The position numbers and the translations under genes were made by a program. Below the pieces are notes generated by a model that worked only from the letters and a program-made list of their open reading frames with translations, was not told the DNA's origin and did not search any database. From positions 64,001-128,000 of IMG/VR virus record IMGVR_UViG_3300037484_000445: a DNA stretch of 64,000 bases. One strand, 5' to 3'. This document shows positions 55,796-64,000 of this stretch, one piece after another; within the stretch, counting starts at the first letter, position 1; each line of letters opens with the position of its first letter. This DNA is from a virus (taxonomy: Duplodnaviria; Heunggongvirae; Uroviricota; Caudoviricetes).

Positions 55796-56929
55796 ATGGC
55801 AACATTGAAGGCAAAGAAGATACGAGGAGCTCTACAGAAGGCGCGAAATGTAGGACGAGCGGAGGAGTCTGTCACTGTTGACGGCTGCACGATCGTCCTA
55901 CAAAGCATGCCTTCCAGTTACTACGATGCTATCCTCAAAGAGGTTGAGGATCTCGAGGGCGCTGAGTACTTACATGAGTACCAGAATGGCTATCTCTGTA
56001 GAGCCATAGTCGAGATCGAAGGGGTAGATCTTCGAGACGTAGACTTCGTGGAAGACGATGTTCCTGCGGGCAACTACGTCGTCAACGCGATCGTTAATAC
56101 TGAGGCCAAAGCCAAAAAGGCTAAGGAAGAACTGGCCAAGCTGGGTATTGACCTAGTACTCGTTCCCCCAGATGGATCTGAAGGGGAGAGGACTATCATG
56201 CTTGAACGGCATGAGTGGATCCGTAACCAGATCAAGACGTGGAGCCAAGAAGCGCTCGCTGTGGCCTGGCGAAAGTATGCCGATGTTGTCGTCATTGGCG
56301 AAGCCCGTGCTCGTGAAAAGGTTGAGTTTAGGACCCCTGACGAGACTAAAGAGGATAAGTTCCGAAGACTTATCTCTGAGGCGAAGGCTTTGGAGAACGA
56401 ATTGCCTTCCGAGATGTTGGCTTCAATCTTGGCCGAGGCTGGGTATCTCCAAAAGACCTCCACAGTTGAGCTAGATGCCACAACGCAGCGTCTTAGGACA
56501 GTTGCTGCCCAGGAGTCCCTGAAGCCTCCATCGAAGCCGGTAGAGCCTGAAGAAGAGGACCTGGAAGAGAAAGTTGAACCCGTCCGCCCAATAATGACTC
56601 CTGAAGCCTTGGCTCAAAGGGTTCGTACACGAACGCCCTTGAATCGTGTGGCCGTGGAAGAGCCCACGCAACAGGTAGATCAACCGGAGCAGTTGGGGCT
56701 TACCTCGGTTCATCCAAATTCAAAAACTGCCAAGATTGCAGAACTTGAGGGTTTCGACCCTACAGATCCAGCCATTACTTCAGGGTACCCTGTCGTGCGG
56801 GATCATATGGAGGTGGCTGAGATTTCTAGGAAGGCTCCTATCGACGGTCGTGGTGCCCGAAGCATCATTGATGCTCCACCGGTAGTAGGCCTCAATCCGA
56901 GATTCCGTCCCCCACCACGTCATGGCTAA
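55796..56929 (+). CDS. Probable tail assembly chaperone 1
   Basis: Between tube and tape measure; L.RAIVEIEG.DL pattern; GAGGAG RBS. Confidence 0.65.
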   Translation: MATLKAKKIRGALQKARNVGRAEESVTVDGCTIVLQSMPSSYYDAILKEVEDLEGAEYLHEYQNGYLCRAIVEIEGVDLRDVDFVEDDVPAGNYVVNAIVNTEAKAKKAKEELAKLGIDLVLVPPDGSEGERTIMLERHEWIRNQIKTWSQEALAVAWRKYADVVVIGEARAREKVEFRTPDETKEDKFRRLISEAKALENELPSEMLASILAEAGYLQKTSTVELDATTQRLRTVAAQESLKPPSKPVEPEEEDLEEKVEPVRPIMTPEALAQRVRTRTPLNRVAVEEPTQQVDQPEQLGLTSVHPNSKTAKIAELEGFDPTDPAITSGYPVVRDHMEVAEISRKAPIDGRGARSIIDAPPVVGLNPRFRPPPRHG

Positions 56930-58163
56930 GCCGACTTATGCAGAGTCCCAAGCCAATCTAAACCGTAGTTACAACGGAGATCCGGAGGAATTTCACATCG
57001 ATGTTCCGAAGGAAATTCCGGAGATAAACCCAGAAATCCTAAGGGACGTGGATCCCTTGCTTTTTAGGGGTTTTTTGCATGTGTCTGCGGAAATCAATGA
57101 TGTTCCCTTCGTATTCAAGTCCCTAAACCACCATGAGTTTGGGATGCTCAATTTGTTGGCACCTATTGATGGAACACGCAAGGCTTTGAAGCGTTTTTAC
57201 TCGACGTTTCTGGCTTACGGTGTGTTCATGATCGACGGTGCCAACATCTTGAACGATCGTGAACGCTGGCTTTCTGACATTGTGAGCATGTTCGATTCTA
57301 TGGGAGATGATGTAGTAGGTAAGATCATCCGGCATCTCAGTGAAGTTAACCGTCGAGCGAATATAGCCGTGATCTTAATAGAAGCCTATGTCATGGAATT
57401 TGCTTCTAGAAATCGTTGGGCTCAACTTCGAGGGCTAGACCTCACTTCCACAGCTGTAACAGGAGTTAGTGGAACGCACACTTTGGGTATGAATTGGGGC
57501 CAACTCACATGGAGAGCTCTGAACTACTACGAGGATCTTAGAGATCAGGCAGAACGAGAATGGGAGAACGCAAAGTTCGTAGCCTCATCCATGGCCGGTA
57601 AGGGCATGAACAGAGTCCACAGTCAGGACAAGCGACGCCGAGAGCAGGAGAACGAAGGTCGGCTGGAACGCCGGGACAAAATCCTTCGTTTCGCCGTGTT
57701 AGGTGAGCCCATGGAACAATCCGGCGACAAACGAGTTCCCGTGATGGCAGCAAGGACCGTCGAGGAACTGGCCTTACAACTTGAGAGAGACCTCAAGGGT
57801 GAGAAGGATTGGCACGACATGGTTGTTGAGGCTCATGAGCGTAAGGCTCAAGAGGCCAAGCAAGTTCAGTGGGATCGTCTTCGTGAGATGCAACAGAACT
57901 TCGATGCTGAGTTTGGACCTCGGCAGTTGCTTGGTTCTACGGACATGACTGGCATCTCTCCGGACGAGCTTAAGTTCCAACTGGAGCATCGTCGTCAGTT
58001 GACAGCTCAAAGACTAGCGGCCCAGATCGATCCAGCATTTTTGGACCCTAAAGCCGCTCAGTTCTCGGAAAAATGGGCATCGATCCAACATGGTGCTGAC
58101 CAAATTCCGCTGGTGCCTACATCCAATCGTCAAGCAGGCACTCCATTTAGAATACCTCGGTAA
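56922..58163 (+). CDS. Probable tail assembly chaperone 2
   Basis: N-terminal FVFKSL...LAYGVFMIDG.NI resembles chaperone 1; directly precedes tape measure. Confidence 0.6.
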   Translation: MAKPTYAESQANLNRSYNGDPEEFHIDVPKEIPEINPEILRDVDPLLFRGFLHVSAEINDVPFVFKSLNHHEFGMLNLLAPIDGTRKALKRFYSTFLAYGVFMIDGANILNDRERWLSDIVSMFDSMGDDVVGKIIRHLSEVNRRANIAVILIEAYVMEFASRNRWAQLRGLDLTSTAVTGVSGTHTLGMNWGQLTWRALNYYEDLRDQAEREWENAKFVASSMAGKGMNRVHSQDKRRREQENEGRLERRDKILRFAVLGEPMEQSGDKRVPVMAARTVEELALQLERDLKGEKDWHDMVVEAHERKAQEAKQVQWDRLREMQQNFDAEFGPRQLLGSTDMTGISPDELKFQLEHRRQLTAQRLAAQIDPAFLDPKAAQFSEKWASIQHGADQIPLVPTSNRQAGTPFRIPR

Positions 58164-58173
58164 GGATTAGGCC

Positions 58174-61100
58174 ATGGCTAAGAACAAGGAAAACCAGGAG
58201 GTCCTAGAGGTTGGTGTAGACGTCGAGTCAGCATTGGCCGATATGGCCAAGTTGCAACGTGGCTCCACACGTCAGTTTGAAGACATAGCCAAGGCCGTTG
58301 ATGAGTTGGATCGCAAATCCCAGAAGGCTAACAGTAATGCCAAGAAAGGGGCGGCTGAAACAGAAGCTAGTCTCGAGGATTTGGCTAAGGCCTACAAGGG
58401 GGAAGCCAAAGCGATCGACAATGTCCTTCAGAACATAGAGCTCCTGTCCAAGAAATCTGCAGCGGCTAGTGACGATGAACGTGTAGCCTTGGAACAGCAG
58501 ATAGCAGATCTCAAAAAGATTGGTCAAGAGAAGATCAAGAACCTTCGAAGCAAGGACAAGAAGGAAGGGCGAGTCGCTGCTCGAAAGACCTTGGATACCG
58601 TTGGTGATAAGCTGAAGGAGGACATCACCAAGTCCCTAGAGAATTTCAGTGGTTCTTTCGGTCGAGACTTGAAGGGATCTTTTGAGAGCGGTGCCAAACT
58701 TCTAGTGAAGAGCCTCAAGGTCGGTATGTCCGCGGCTACGCTTAAGGCCCCTGCCTTGATGGAGCGTGGCGCCAATCTGAAGACCCGGGGCCAAGAGCGT
58801 GGTGGTTTGGCTGGTAAGGCCATGAGTGCTGGTGGCACTGGGCTCAAGGCTATTGGTGGTTTGGCCGCCAAGATGGGACCCCTCATTCAAACCCTCAGCC
58901 AACTAGGCCCTATTCTCGGGATGCTTGGTTCTTCTGTGATGGCCGTCGTCAAGCTACTTATTGATATGGATGCTAAGGCGAAAGAGTTCAACAAAGACAT
59001 TCTGCAATCTGCTAGTACCGCCGAGTTTATGGGACGAAATGTGGGCAACGTTGACGCCGCTTTTGATGACATGAAGACAACCTTACGGGGTGTACGTGAT
59101 GCTGCTTTTTCTCTGGACAACATAGATTGGGGAATCACTGCAAATGAACACAAGGCTATAATCAATGTTCTCACTCAAGAGGGTGTTAGCTTAGCCCAAA
59201 TCCATGATGAGGCTAAGAGGGTTCATGGGGATTTAGGTGATGATGCAAAGGCTGTACAGGCTTTCACGAGTGACCTAACACATTTGAGTGTGACTTTTTC
59301 TAGAACCTTTGGCGTTCCTCTCCAAGAGATAAATCAGCTTCAAGCTGAGATGGTAACGGAGCTTGGATCTAGTTTGGACCAGACAGCGTTGTCCTTTCAG
59401 AGGATCAATAGAACCGCAGCAGAAACGGGTGTATCTGCCAACAAGTTCTTTGCTATGATTCGAGGAGTGTCCCAAGATCTGTCCTTGTGGGGAAACCGCA
59501 TGGAAGATGCTGTCATGCTCTTAGGACGCATGAACAAGTACATGAACCCTCGCAATGCCCAGAAGTTCTTTCAGACGACCATGCAAGGTCTCAAGAACAT
59601 GGGTCGCACGGATCGTCTTCGTTTGAGTTTGTTGGCTGGAACGAAAAAGACGGATGACGTCCTACGTAAGGACATCATGCATAAGGCTCGGGGCCTCGCC
59701 GACCAGCTAGGTATGTCTATAGAGGAATTCTCAGACAAGTTTGCACAGGGCCCTGAAGCCTTCGAGGAAGCCCTCAACAAGCTCGACAAGTCCCAGCAGG
59801 CCAGTGTTCGGGAAGCCCTAGTAGATGCCCGCTTACAGGCTAAGAGGGCCAACGCGGGAACCTATGGCAAGGCCCTAGCCCTTCGTGGTGTTGGCGCTGC
59901 CGGAGCCTTGGAAGAAAAGGAAGCTGCCGTCAGAAGGTTTTCGGGGGGTAAGGACCTGGAGGAAGCCTCTACGGGTATAGCTGGACAGTCTGTGGCTGAA
60001 TCCCTCAATATTTCAGAGGAAGAACTCGATCAGATGATCAAGTTCAAGATGGCTTTGAAGGACCAGAAGAAGGCCCTTATCAAGCAATTAAAGAGTGGTG
60101 ATGCTTCTCAAGAGGATGCCGCTCGGGCAGCTCTGAAACGAGCCGGTATTGAAGGTAAGGACGCTGAAGAACTAGCTAAGAATGTGGATGCGGCTGGCTA
60201 CCAAGATATCATGGCTACGTTCGACGACGACACCAAGAAACTGTATGATGGTCTTGGTAAGACAGTAGATCAAGCTAAGCGTCAGGCTGATCTGACTATG
60301 TCTTGGACCCAGAAGTTCGAAGTCTTTATGGATTTCATGATGAACGCTCTCTATGGCGTCCTCATGGACATTTGGGACACTATCACATCATGGAGCGATA
60401 AAACAGCTAAGGCTACGCGCAAGGAAGTTCTTAAGTCGGGTGACACGGACCTCATCAAAGCCTTCAATGAGGCTGGTGGGGACATGGGCAAATTCAAGTC
60501 TGAGATCTTCAAGAGTGACGCAGCTTTCAGCAAGAATTTGAGCAATACCCTCAAGGCCGGTAACACTCAGGTGGAGAAGTACATCGGGGATGCCGCGGCT
60601 CTTCTTGGGGATAAGGGCATTCATGCCGTAGAGTCCTCCGGTAAGGCCGTTGGATTAACGCCTGAGCAACGTATGCAGATCGTAACAGACATCTCCAAAG
60701 GGTTGTCCTTAGGCGAAGCTGCTGACAAGGGAGGGCTCAAGGGAGATCAGCGAGCGGCATTCATGCACCAGATGGCTGGGCAATTGAATCCTGTTCACTT
60801 GCCTACGTTGGCGGGGTTGATAAAGCCTACTAAGAAGCCCGAGGGTGAGGCATCTGAAGAGGAGGCCCCAAGTGGGACACCCAAAGTGTCGGCTCAAGCA
60901 AAGCCGCCGCCTAGTAAAGTAGTTGCGACAGCGGCGGGATCCCCGGCCATGACTATGGCGAACCCAGAAGCACCAACCACTACCCCTGTGGCCCCTAGCA
61001 CCGATGCTGCTCTGAAATTTACGTCGTCTGTGGCTGAAGACAACCTCAGTCTATCCAAAGAACAATTGCAAATTCTGCAATCTGTCGACTCGAGGATGGA

Positions 61101-61584
61101 TCGGTTCAAAATGGACACTGGCTTTCTCAGTGGCCCTTATTCGAAGGCTGTTGAAGGCTCTGTCCTGGCTGCAGTGCGGACGGCTTTGTTTGAGTACTAC
61201 CTCTACAAGGATATTGACCAACAGAGCATGCTTTCGGCTATGTCTGCGGGGGGTATGACAGGGCGTTCAATGTCCTCGGCTATGAGTCAATGGCAACAAG
61301 GCGGGGGCACAGGGAATCCTCTAGAGGCTATTCAATCGGCTCCGCACGCTGCTGGAGGGATGGTAACAGGTATTAATGGTGGGTTGGCCATGGTCACGGC
61401 TGCAGCCGGTGAAGGCCTTACCTCGATAGGCAAGGGGGAACGTATCGTACCTGCTGGTGGGGGCGGCAATACTACCTTCCAGATCAATGTTTCGGGTGTT
61501 GGGGGTCAGGACCTAGCTCGTATCATTGAGGCCAAGGTGGTTGATGGTGTTCACGAATACAAGCGTAGGGAGAAGTTCAGCTGA
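58174..61584 (+). CDS. Tape measure protein
   Basis: 1136 aa, helical and Ala/Lys-rich; C-terminal HAAGGMV...GERIVP and FQINV motifs; canonical position. Confidence 0.82.
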   Translation: MAKNKENQEVLEVGVDVESALADMAKLQRGSTRQFEDIAKAVDELDRKSQKANSNAKKGAAETEASLEDLAKAYKGEAKAIDNVLQNIELLSKKSAAASDDERVALEQQIADLKKIGQEKIKNLRSKDKKEGRVAARKTLDTVGDKLKEDITKSLENFSGSFGRDLKGSFESGAKLLVKSLKVGMSAATLKAPALMERGANLKTRGQERGGLAGKAMSAGGTGLKAIGGLAAKMGPLIQTLSQLGPILGMLGSSVMAVVKLLIDMDAKAKEFNKDILQSASTAEFMGRNVGNVDAAFDDMKTTLRGVRDAAFSLDNIDWGITANEHKAIINVLTQEGVSLAQIHDEAKRVHGDLGDDAKAVQAFTSDLTHLSVTFSRTFGVPLQEINQLQAEMVTELGSSLDQTALSFQRINRTAAETGVSANKFFAMIRGVSQDLSLWGNRMEDAVMLLGRMNKYMNPRNAQKFFQTTMQGLKNMGRTDRLRLSLLAGTKKTDDVLRKDIMHKARGLADQLGMSIEEFSDKFAQGPEAFEEALNKLDKSQQASVREALVDARLQAKRANAGTYGKALALRGVGAAGALEEKEAAVRRFSGGKDLEEASTGIAGQSVAESLNISEEELDQMIKFKMALKDQKKALIKQLKSGDASQEDAARAALKRAGIEGKDAEELAKNVDAAGYQDIMATFDDDTKKLYDGLGKTVDQAKRQADLTMSWTQKFEVFMDFMMNALYGVLMDIWDTITSWSDKTAKATRKEVLKSGDTDLIKAFNEAGGDMGKFKSEIFKSDAAFSKNLSNTLKAGNTQVEKYIGDAAALLGDKGIHAVESSGKAVGLTPEQRMQIVTDISKGLSLGEAADKGGLKGDQRAAFMHQMAGQLNPVHLPTLAGLIKPTKKPEGEASEEEAPSGTPKVSAQAKPPPSKVVATAAGSPAMTMANPEAPTTTPVAPSTDAALKFTSSVAEDNLSLSKEQLQILQSVDSRMDRFKMDTGFLSGPYSKAVEGSVLAAVRTALFEYYLYKDIDQQSMLSAMSAGGMTGRSMSSAMSQWQQGGGTGNPLEAIQSAPHAAGGMVTGINGGLAMVTAAAGEGLTSIGKGERIVPAGGGGNTTFQINVSGVGGQDLARIIEAKVVDGVHEYKRREKFS

Positions 61585-62222
61585 TGCCTAGGATCCCTTC
61601 TGCTAATGCTGACTTTCAGCAGATCAATGTACCCTCGTCCGAGGATGTCTACCAACATCCCGCTGAGAAGAGACAGGGTAGCATTCCTATGGCTTTTCAG
61701 ATCACAAGCCCGTTCAACAAGAACACCCTTTTGCTACCGCACGCCTTGGTTTTGCATGTAAATCCCAATTCTTTGGATGAGAATTTTCAGCACAAGATCG
61801 AACGCATACAGACTCGAGGTGGTTGGGTTGAACAGCACTGGGGATCGGACCTTGCGGAGATCTCAGCTAGCGCTTCTACTGGTGCTTTCATGAACATCTA
61901 CACTGGTCTCACCAGTGTTCTTCGGCAGAGAACCATTGCTTGGGATCGCTATAGGGACCTCTACGACCTATACACTAACGACGGTGCTGTGTATGACCCT
62001 TATGGTAACATTGTGCTCAAGGGTAACATCTTGTTGATGTATGACCGGGGCAATTTCCTAGGGTCTTTCAGAACTTTTGAGATGGAGGAAACCGACGATT
62101 CGCCATTCGCGTTCAAACTCAGTTGGACTTTCAAGGTTGAACGAACACTGCTGTACGTTTCACCTCAATCAACTCTGGTTCGGTCCGTACCCACATTCCA
62201 GAGTCAAAACAGACTGACCTAG
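61584..62222 (+). CDS. Tail tube initiator/baseplate hub protein
   Basis: LHVNP.SL...QTRGGWVEQHWG...G.F..FE..E....PF.F...WTF.V. Confidence 0.7.
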   Translation: MPRIPSANADFQQINVPSSEDVYQHPAEKRQGSIPMAFQITSPFNKNTLLLPHALVLHVNPNSLDENFQHKIERIQTRGGWVEQHWGSDLAEISASASTGAFMNIYTGLTSVLRQRTIAWDRYRDLYDLYTNDGAVYDPYGNIVLKGNILLMYDRGNFLGSFRTFEMEETDDSPFAFKLSWTFKVERTLLYVSPQSTLVRSVPTFQSQNRLT

Positions 62223-62240
62223 GATCCAGGGAGATTAGTT

Positions 62241-63851
62241 GTGGCTGATACTCGAATAGCTCAACAGATCGAAGCTTCGGCGGACTACTACCCTCCGGCT
62301 AACTACATTGGGTCTAGCCCGACTTTTGATGGCTCCGTCCTGAGTTATTTGACCTACTACAACGAGTTGAGCCTCAACACGGACTATGTGGGTGACCAGT
62401 TCTATCCCCTGTCCGCGGTCTCTCAGAGGTCCAGAAATCCGAAGATTTTCGCTATAGGCGTTATCCCGCCGACCTCCAACGTGACGGGTAAGCTCTTGGA
62501 TCGTAATGCTTCGGTCAACAGTATCCAGCCGACAGACCCTCAGTATGCCTCAATCCCGACGCAATCGGGGACGGTGTCAATCGTCAACGGCAATGCTTCT
62601 ACGGCAGGCAAAGAGCAAGTACCTAACAAGATCACTAAGCTCTCTGAGAACCAAGTTCGAGAAGCCTTCTATCAAGGGTTCATTCAGGTCACAGGTCAAA
62701 AGCCATCGGAGCAAGTACTTGCTTTGATGATGGCCCAATCGGCTTTGGAAACAGGTCAGTGGGGATCTCTTCACAATTACAATTTCGGCAACATCAAGGC
62801 CACGGGATGGCAGCACCAAACGACCACATTTGGGGCCTGGGAGAGGATCAATGGGAAAAAAGAGACTTTCCCTCCAGGTCATGCCCAAACGCAGTTTAGG
62901 GCCTATCCTACGGCTTCTGAAGGGGCTGCCGACTACATCATCACCCTACTCCAAGACAACAAGCGTCGAAAACCACCAGACGCTTGGAAGCAGGCCTTGA
63001 TGACAGGCGATCCTCAAGCTTTCTCTGAGATTCTGTCTCACCCTCCGCCCTATTACACGGGGGACAAGAACCTTTATGCCAAGTCCATGACCAAATACTA
63101 CAACCAGTACTTGGGCTTGTCTTCGGTCGCATCGGACACTTATACTGGAGATTGGCAGGATTCTGGGAAGGCTTCGGCAGATGCGTCCAAGAACACTATG
63201 GACCAGTTGGCGACGACTCCGTTGACGACGGATAACGCCAATGCTCTCTATACCGCCGCACAGATGGCTCAAATTCTAGGTATCCAACGAGCTTTGGATG
63301 CCATGGCTAACACGCCACCCCTAAGGATGTTGGTCAACCCTTCCACGTTCAGTGTGAAGGGTGAGAAAATTGTTGCCGATGGTTCTTGGTCTAGGAATGG
63401 ACAAGTCATCATCGAGCATTGGGGTAATGGTCAAGAGAAGATCTCGGCTTCTGGAAAGGTTGCTGGGTTCTATGCTATCGACCTCCTGAATTCTTCGGGC
63501 CCGGGACTAACTCGTATGGCCCGCAACTTCTCACAATCCTGGCAGAACCTTCAAAGCATGAGGTTGTTCTACGCCAACAATGGTAGGATTCACACATTGG
63601 ATGCTACGACGTCCAATCTTGAACTCAATATGACAATGGTTGGGTCAATCTACATTTACTATGATAGCATCATGTACATAGGGTCTTTCGACAGCCTAAG
63701 TATCTCCGAGGCTGACACCAACCCCTTTACGGCAGAATACAACTTCGAGTTCACAGTCCGAGCAGCTTTTCTCTTGGATGCCTCTAACAACACAGGAACC
63801 TTTGGGGCGTCCAACGCGGACGTTGCCACAAAGGTTTCTCAAAGTCGGTGA
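62241..63851 (+). CDS. Tube-initiator paralogue with inserted GH73 (FlgJ-like) peptidoglycan hydrolase
   Basis: MAQSALETG.WG...NFGNIK...FRAY.T..EG...YYT. C-terminal MLVNP...IEHWG...YIGSFDSLSISE...PF...Y.FEF matches the upstream gene. Confidence 0.8.
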   Translation: MADTRIAQQIEASADYYPPANYIGSSPTFDGSVLSYLTYYNELSLNTDYVGDQFYPLSAVSQRSRNPKIFAIGVIPPTSNVTGKLLDRNASVNSIQPTDPQYASIPTQSGTVSIVNGNASTAGKEQVPNKITKLSENQVREAFYQGFIQVTGQKPSEQVLALMMAQSALETGQWGSLHNYNFGNIKATGWQHQTTTFGAWERINGKKETFPPGHAQTQFRAYPTASEGAADYIITLLQDNKRRKPPDAWKQALMTGDPQAFSEILSHPPPYYTGDKNLYAKSMTKYYNQYLGLSSVASDTYTGDWQDSGKASADASKNTMDQLATTPLTTDNANALYTAAQMAQILGIQRALDAMANTPPLRMLVNPSTFSVKGEKIVADGSWSRNGQVIIEHWGNGQEKISASGKVAGFYAIDLLNSSGPGLTRMARNFSQSWQNLQSMRLFYANNGRIHTLDATTSNLELNMTMVGSIYIYYDSIMYIGSFDSLSISEADTNPFTAEYNFEFTVRAAFLLDASNNTGTFGASNADVATKVSQSR

Positions 63852-63853
63852 CT

Positions 63854-64000
63854 ATGGCTCGTAGCCCATTTCAAGGCACTTACCAACCTGGTGTACGACC
63901 TACAGTCATTACGGCTCCAGATGCCTTGGTCTACATCAATGGCGAAACGGACATCCTAGGGTGCTCCAAATGCCGTCGTCGTTTCAACTGGAACCGCTAC
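63854..64000 (+). CDS. N-terminus of a probable baseplate hub protein (3' truncated)
   Basis: ATG at 63854 opens MARSPFQGTYQPGVRPTVITAPDALVYING..., open to the window end. Confidence 0.5.
   Translation, partial: MARSPFQGTYQPGVRPTVITAPDALVYINGETDILGCSKCRRRFNWNRY

Noticed and set aside
57068-57077. In-frame slippery heptamers G GGT TTT and T TTT TTG in chaperone 2
   Set aside because: A -1 shift meets a TGA within about 8 codons, and the site is not at the gene junction, so it does not fit the G/GT mechanism.
43522-63851. Cellular contractile injection system or tailocin
   Set aside because: Terminase, portal, protease and capsid genes are linked, which indicates a complete phage.
1-64000. 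Stop-codon reassignment, as in some large phages
   Set aside because: Conserved genes are intact in the standard code, and TAA, TAG and TGA all end genes at sensible positions.

Overview
The window is a gene-dense, almost entirely + strand virion-morphogenesis region of a large (jumbo-type) contractile-tailed dsDNA phage, read in the standard genetic code; the host cannot be determined from the sequence. Gene order: probable internal head proteins, probable small terminase, large terminase, three tandem capsid-cement paralogues, portal, long low-complexity head proteins, Zn-finger prohead serine protease, Gln-rich scaffold, cement protein and major capsid protein. An accessory stretch follows (uracil-DNA glycosylase, ART-like protein, DUF2829/Tad2-like protein, DNA methyltransferase, SWIM protein). 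Then come Ig-like surface proteins, a methyltransferase-GT2-TPR fusion, neck proteins, a Dps ferritin, an actin-family ATPase fused in-frame to a Vsr-like nuclease, tail terminator, a 1540-aa sheath, an intein-containing UvrD helicase, tail tube, two chaperones, tape measure and baseplate-hub genes, one with a GH73 hydrolase. Four observations stand out. (1) The actin resembles archaeal volactin (from memory) and has its own late-type promoter inside the neck module. (2) A shared R-(L/I)-V-x-R-(Y/F)-K-x-A tag and pervasive (K/R/V)-x-A motifs suggest a capsid-loading and protease-processing system for internal cargo. (3) Two recurrent promoter-like motifs (TTAT-N15-GA and GGTGTA-N9-start) split largely between structural and non-structural genes, and some copies lie inside ORFs ahead of in-frame starts. 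(4) A repeated leader design: hairpin, nAGAY track, hairpin. No tRNA, rRNA or CRISPR array was seen. All family calls are from motif recognition by eye; no database searches were run.
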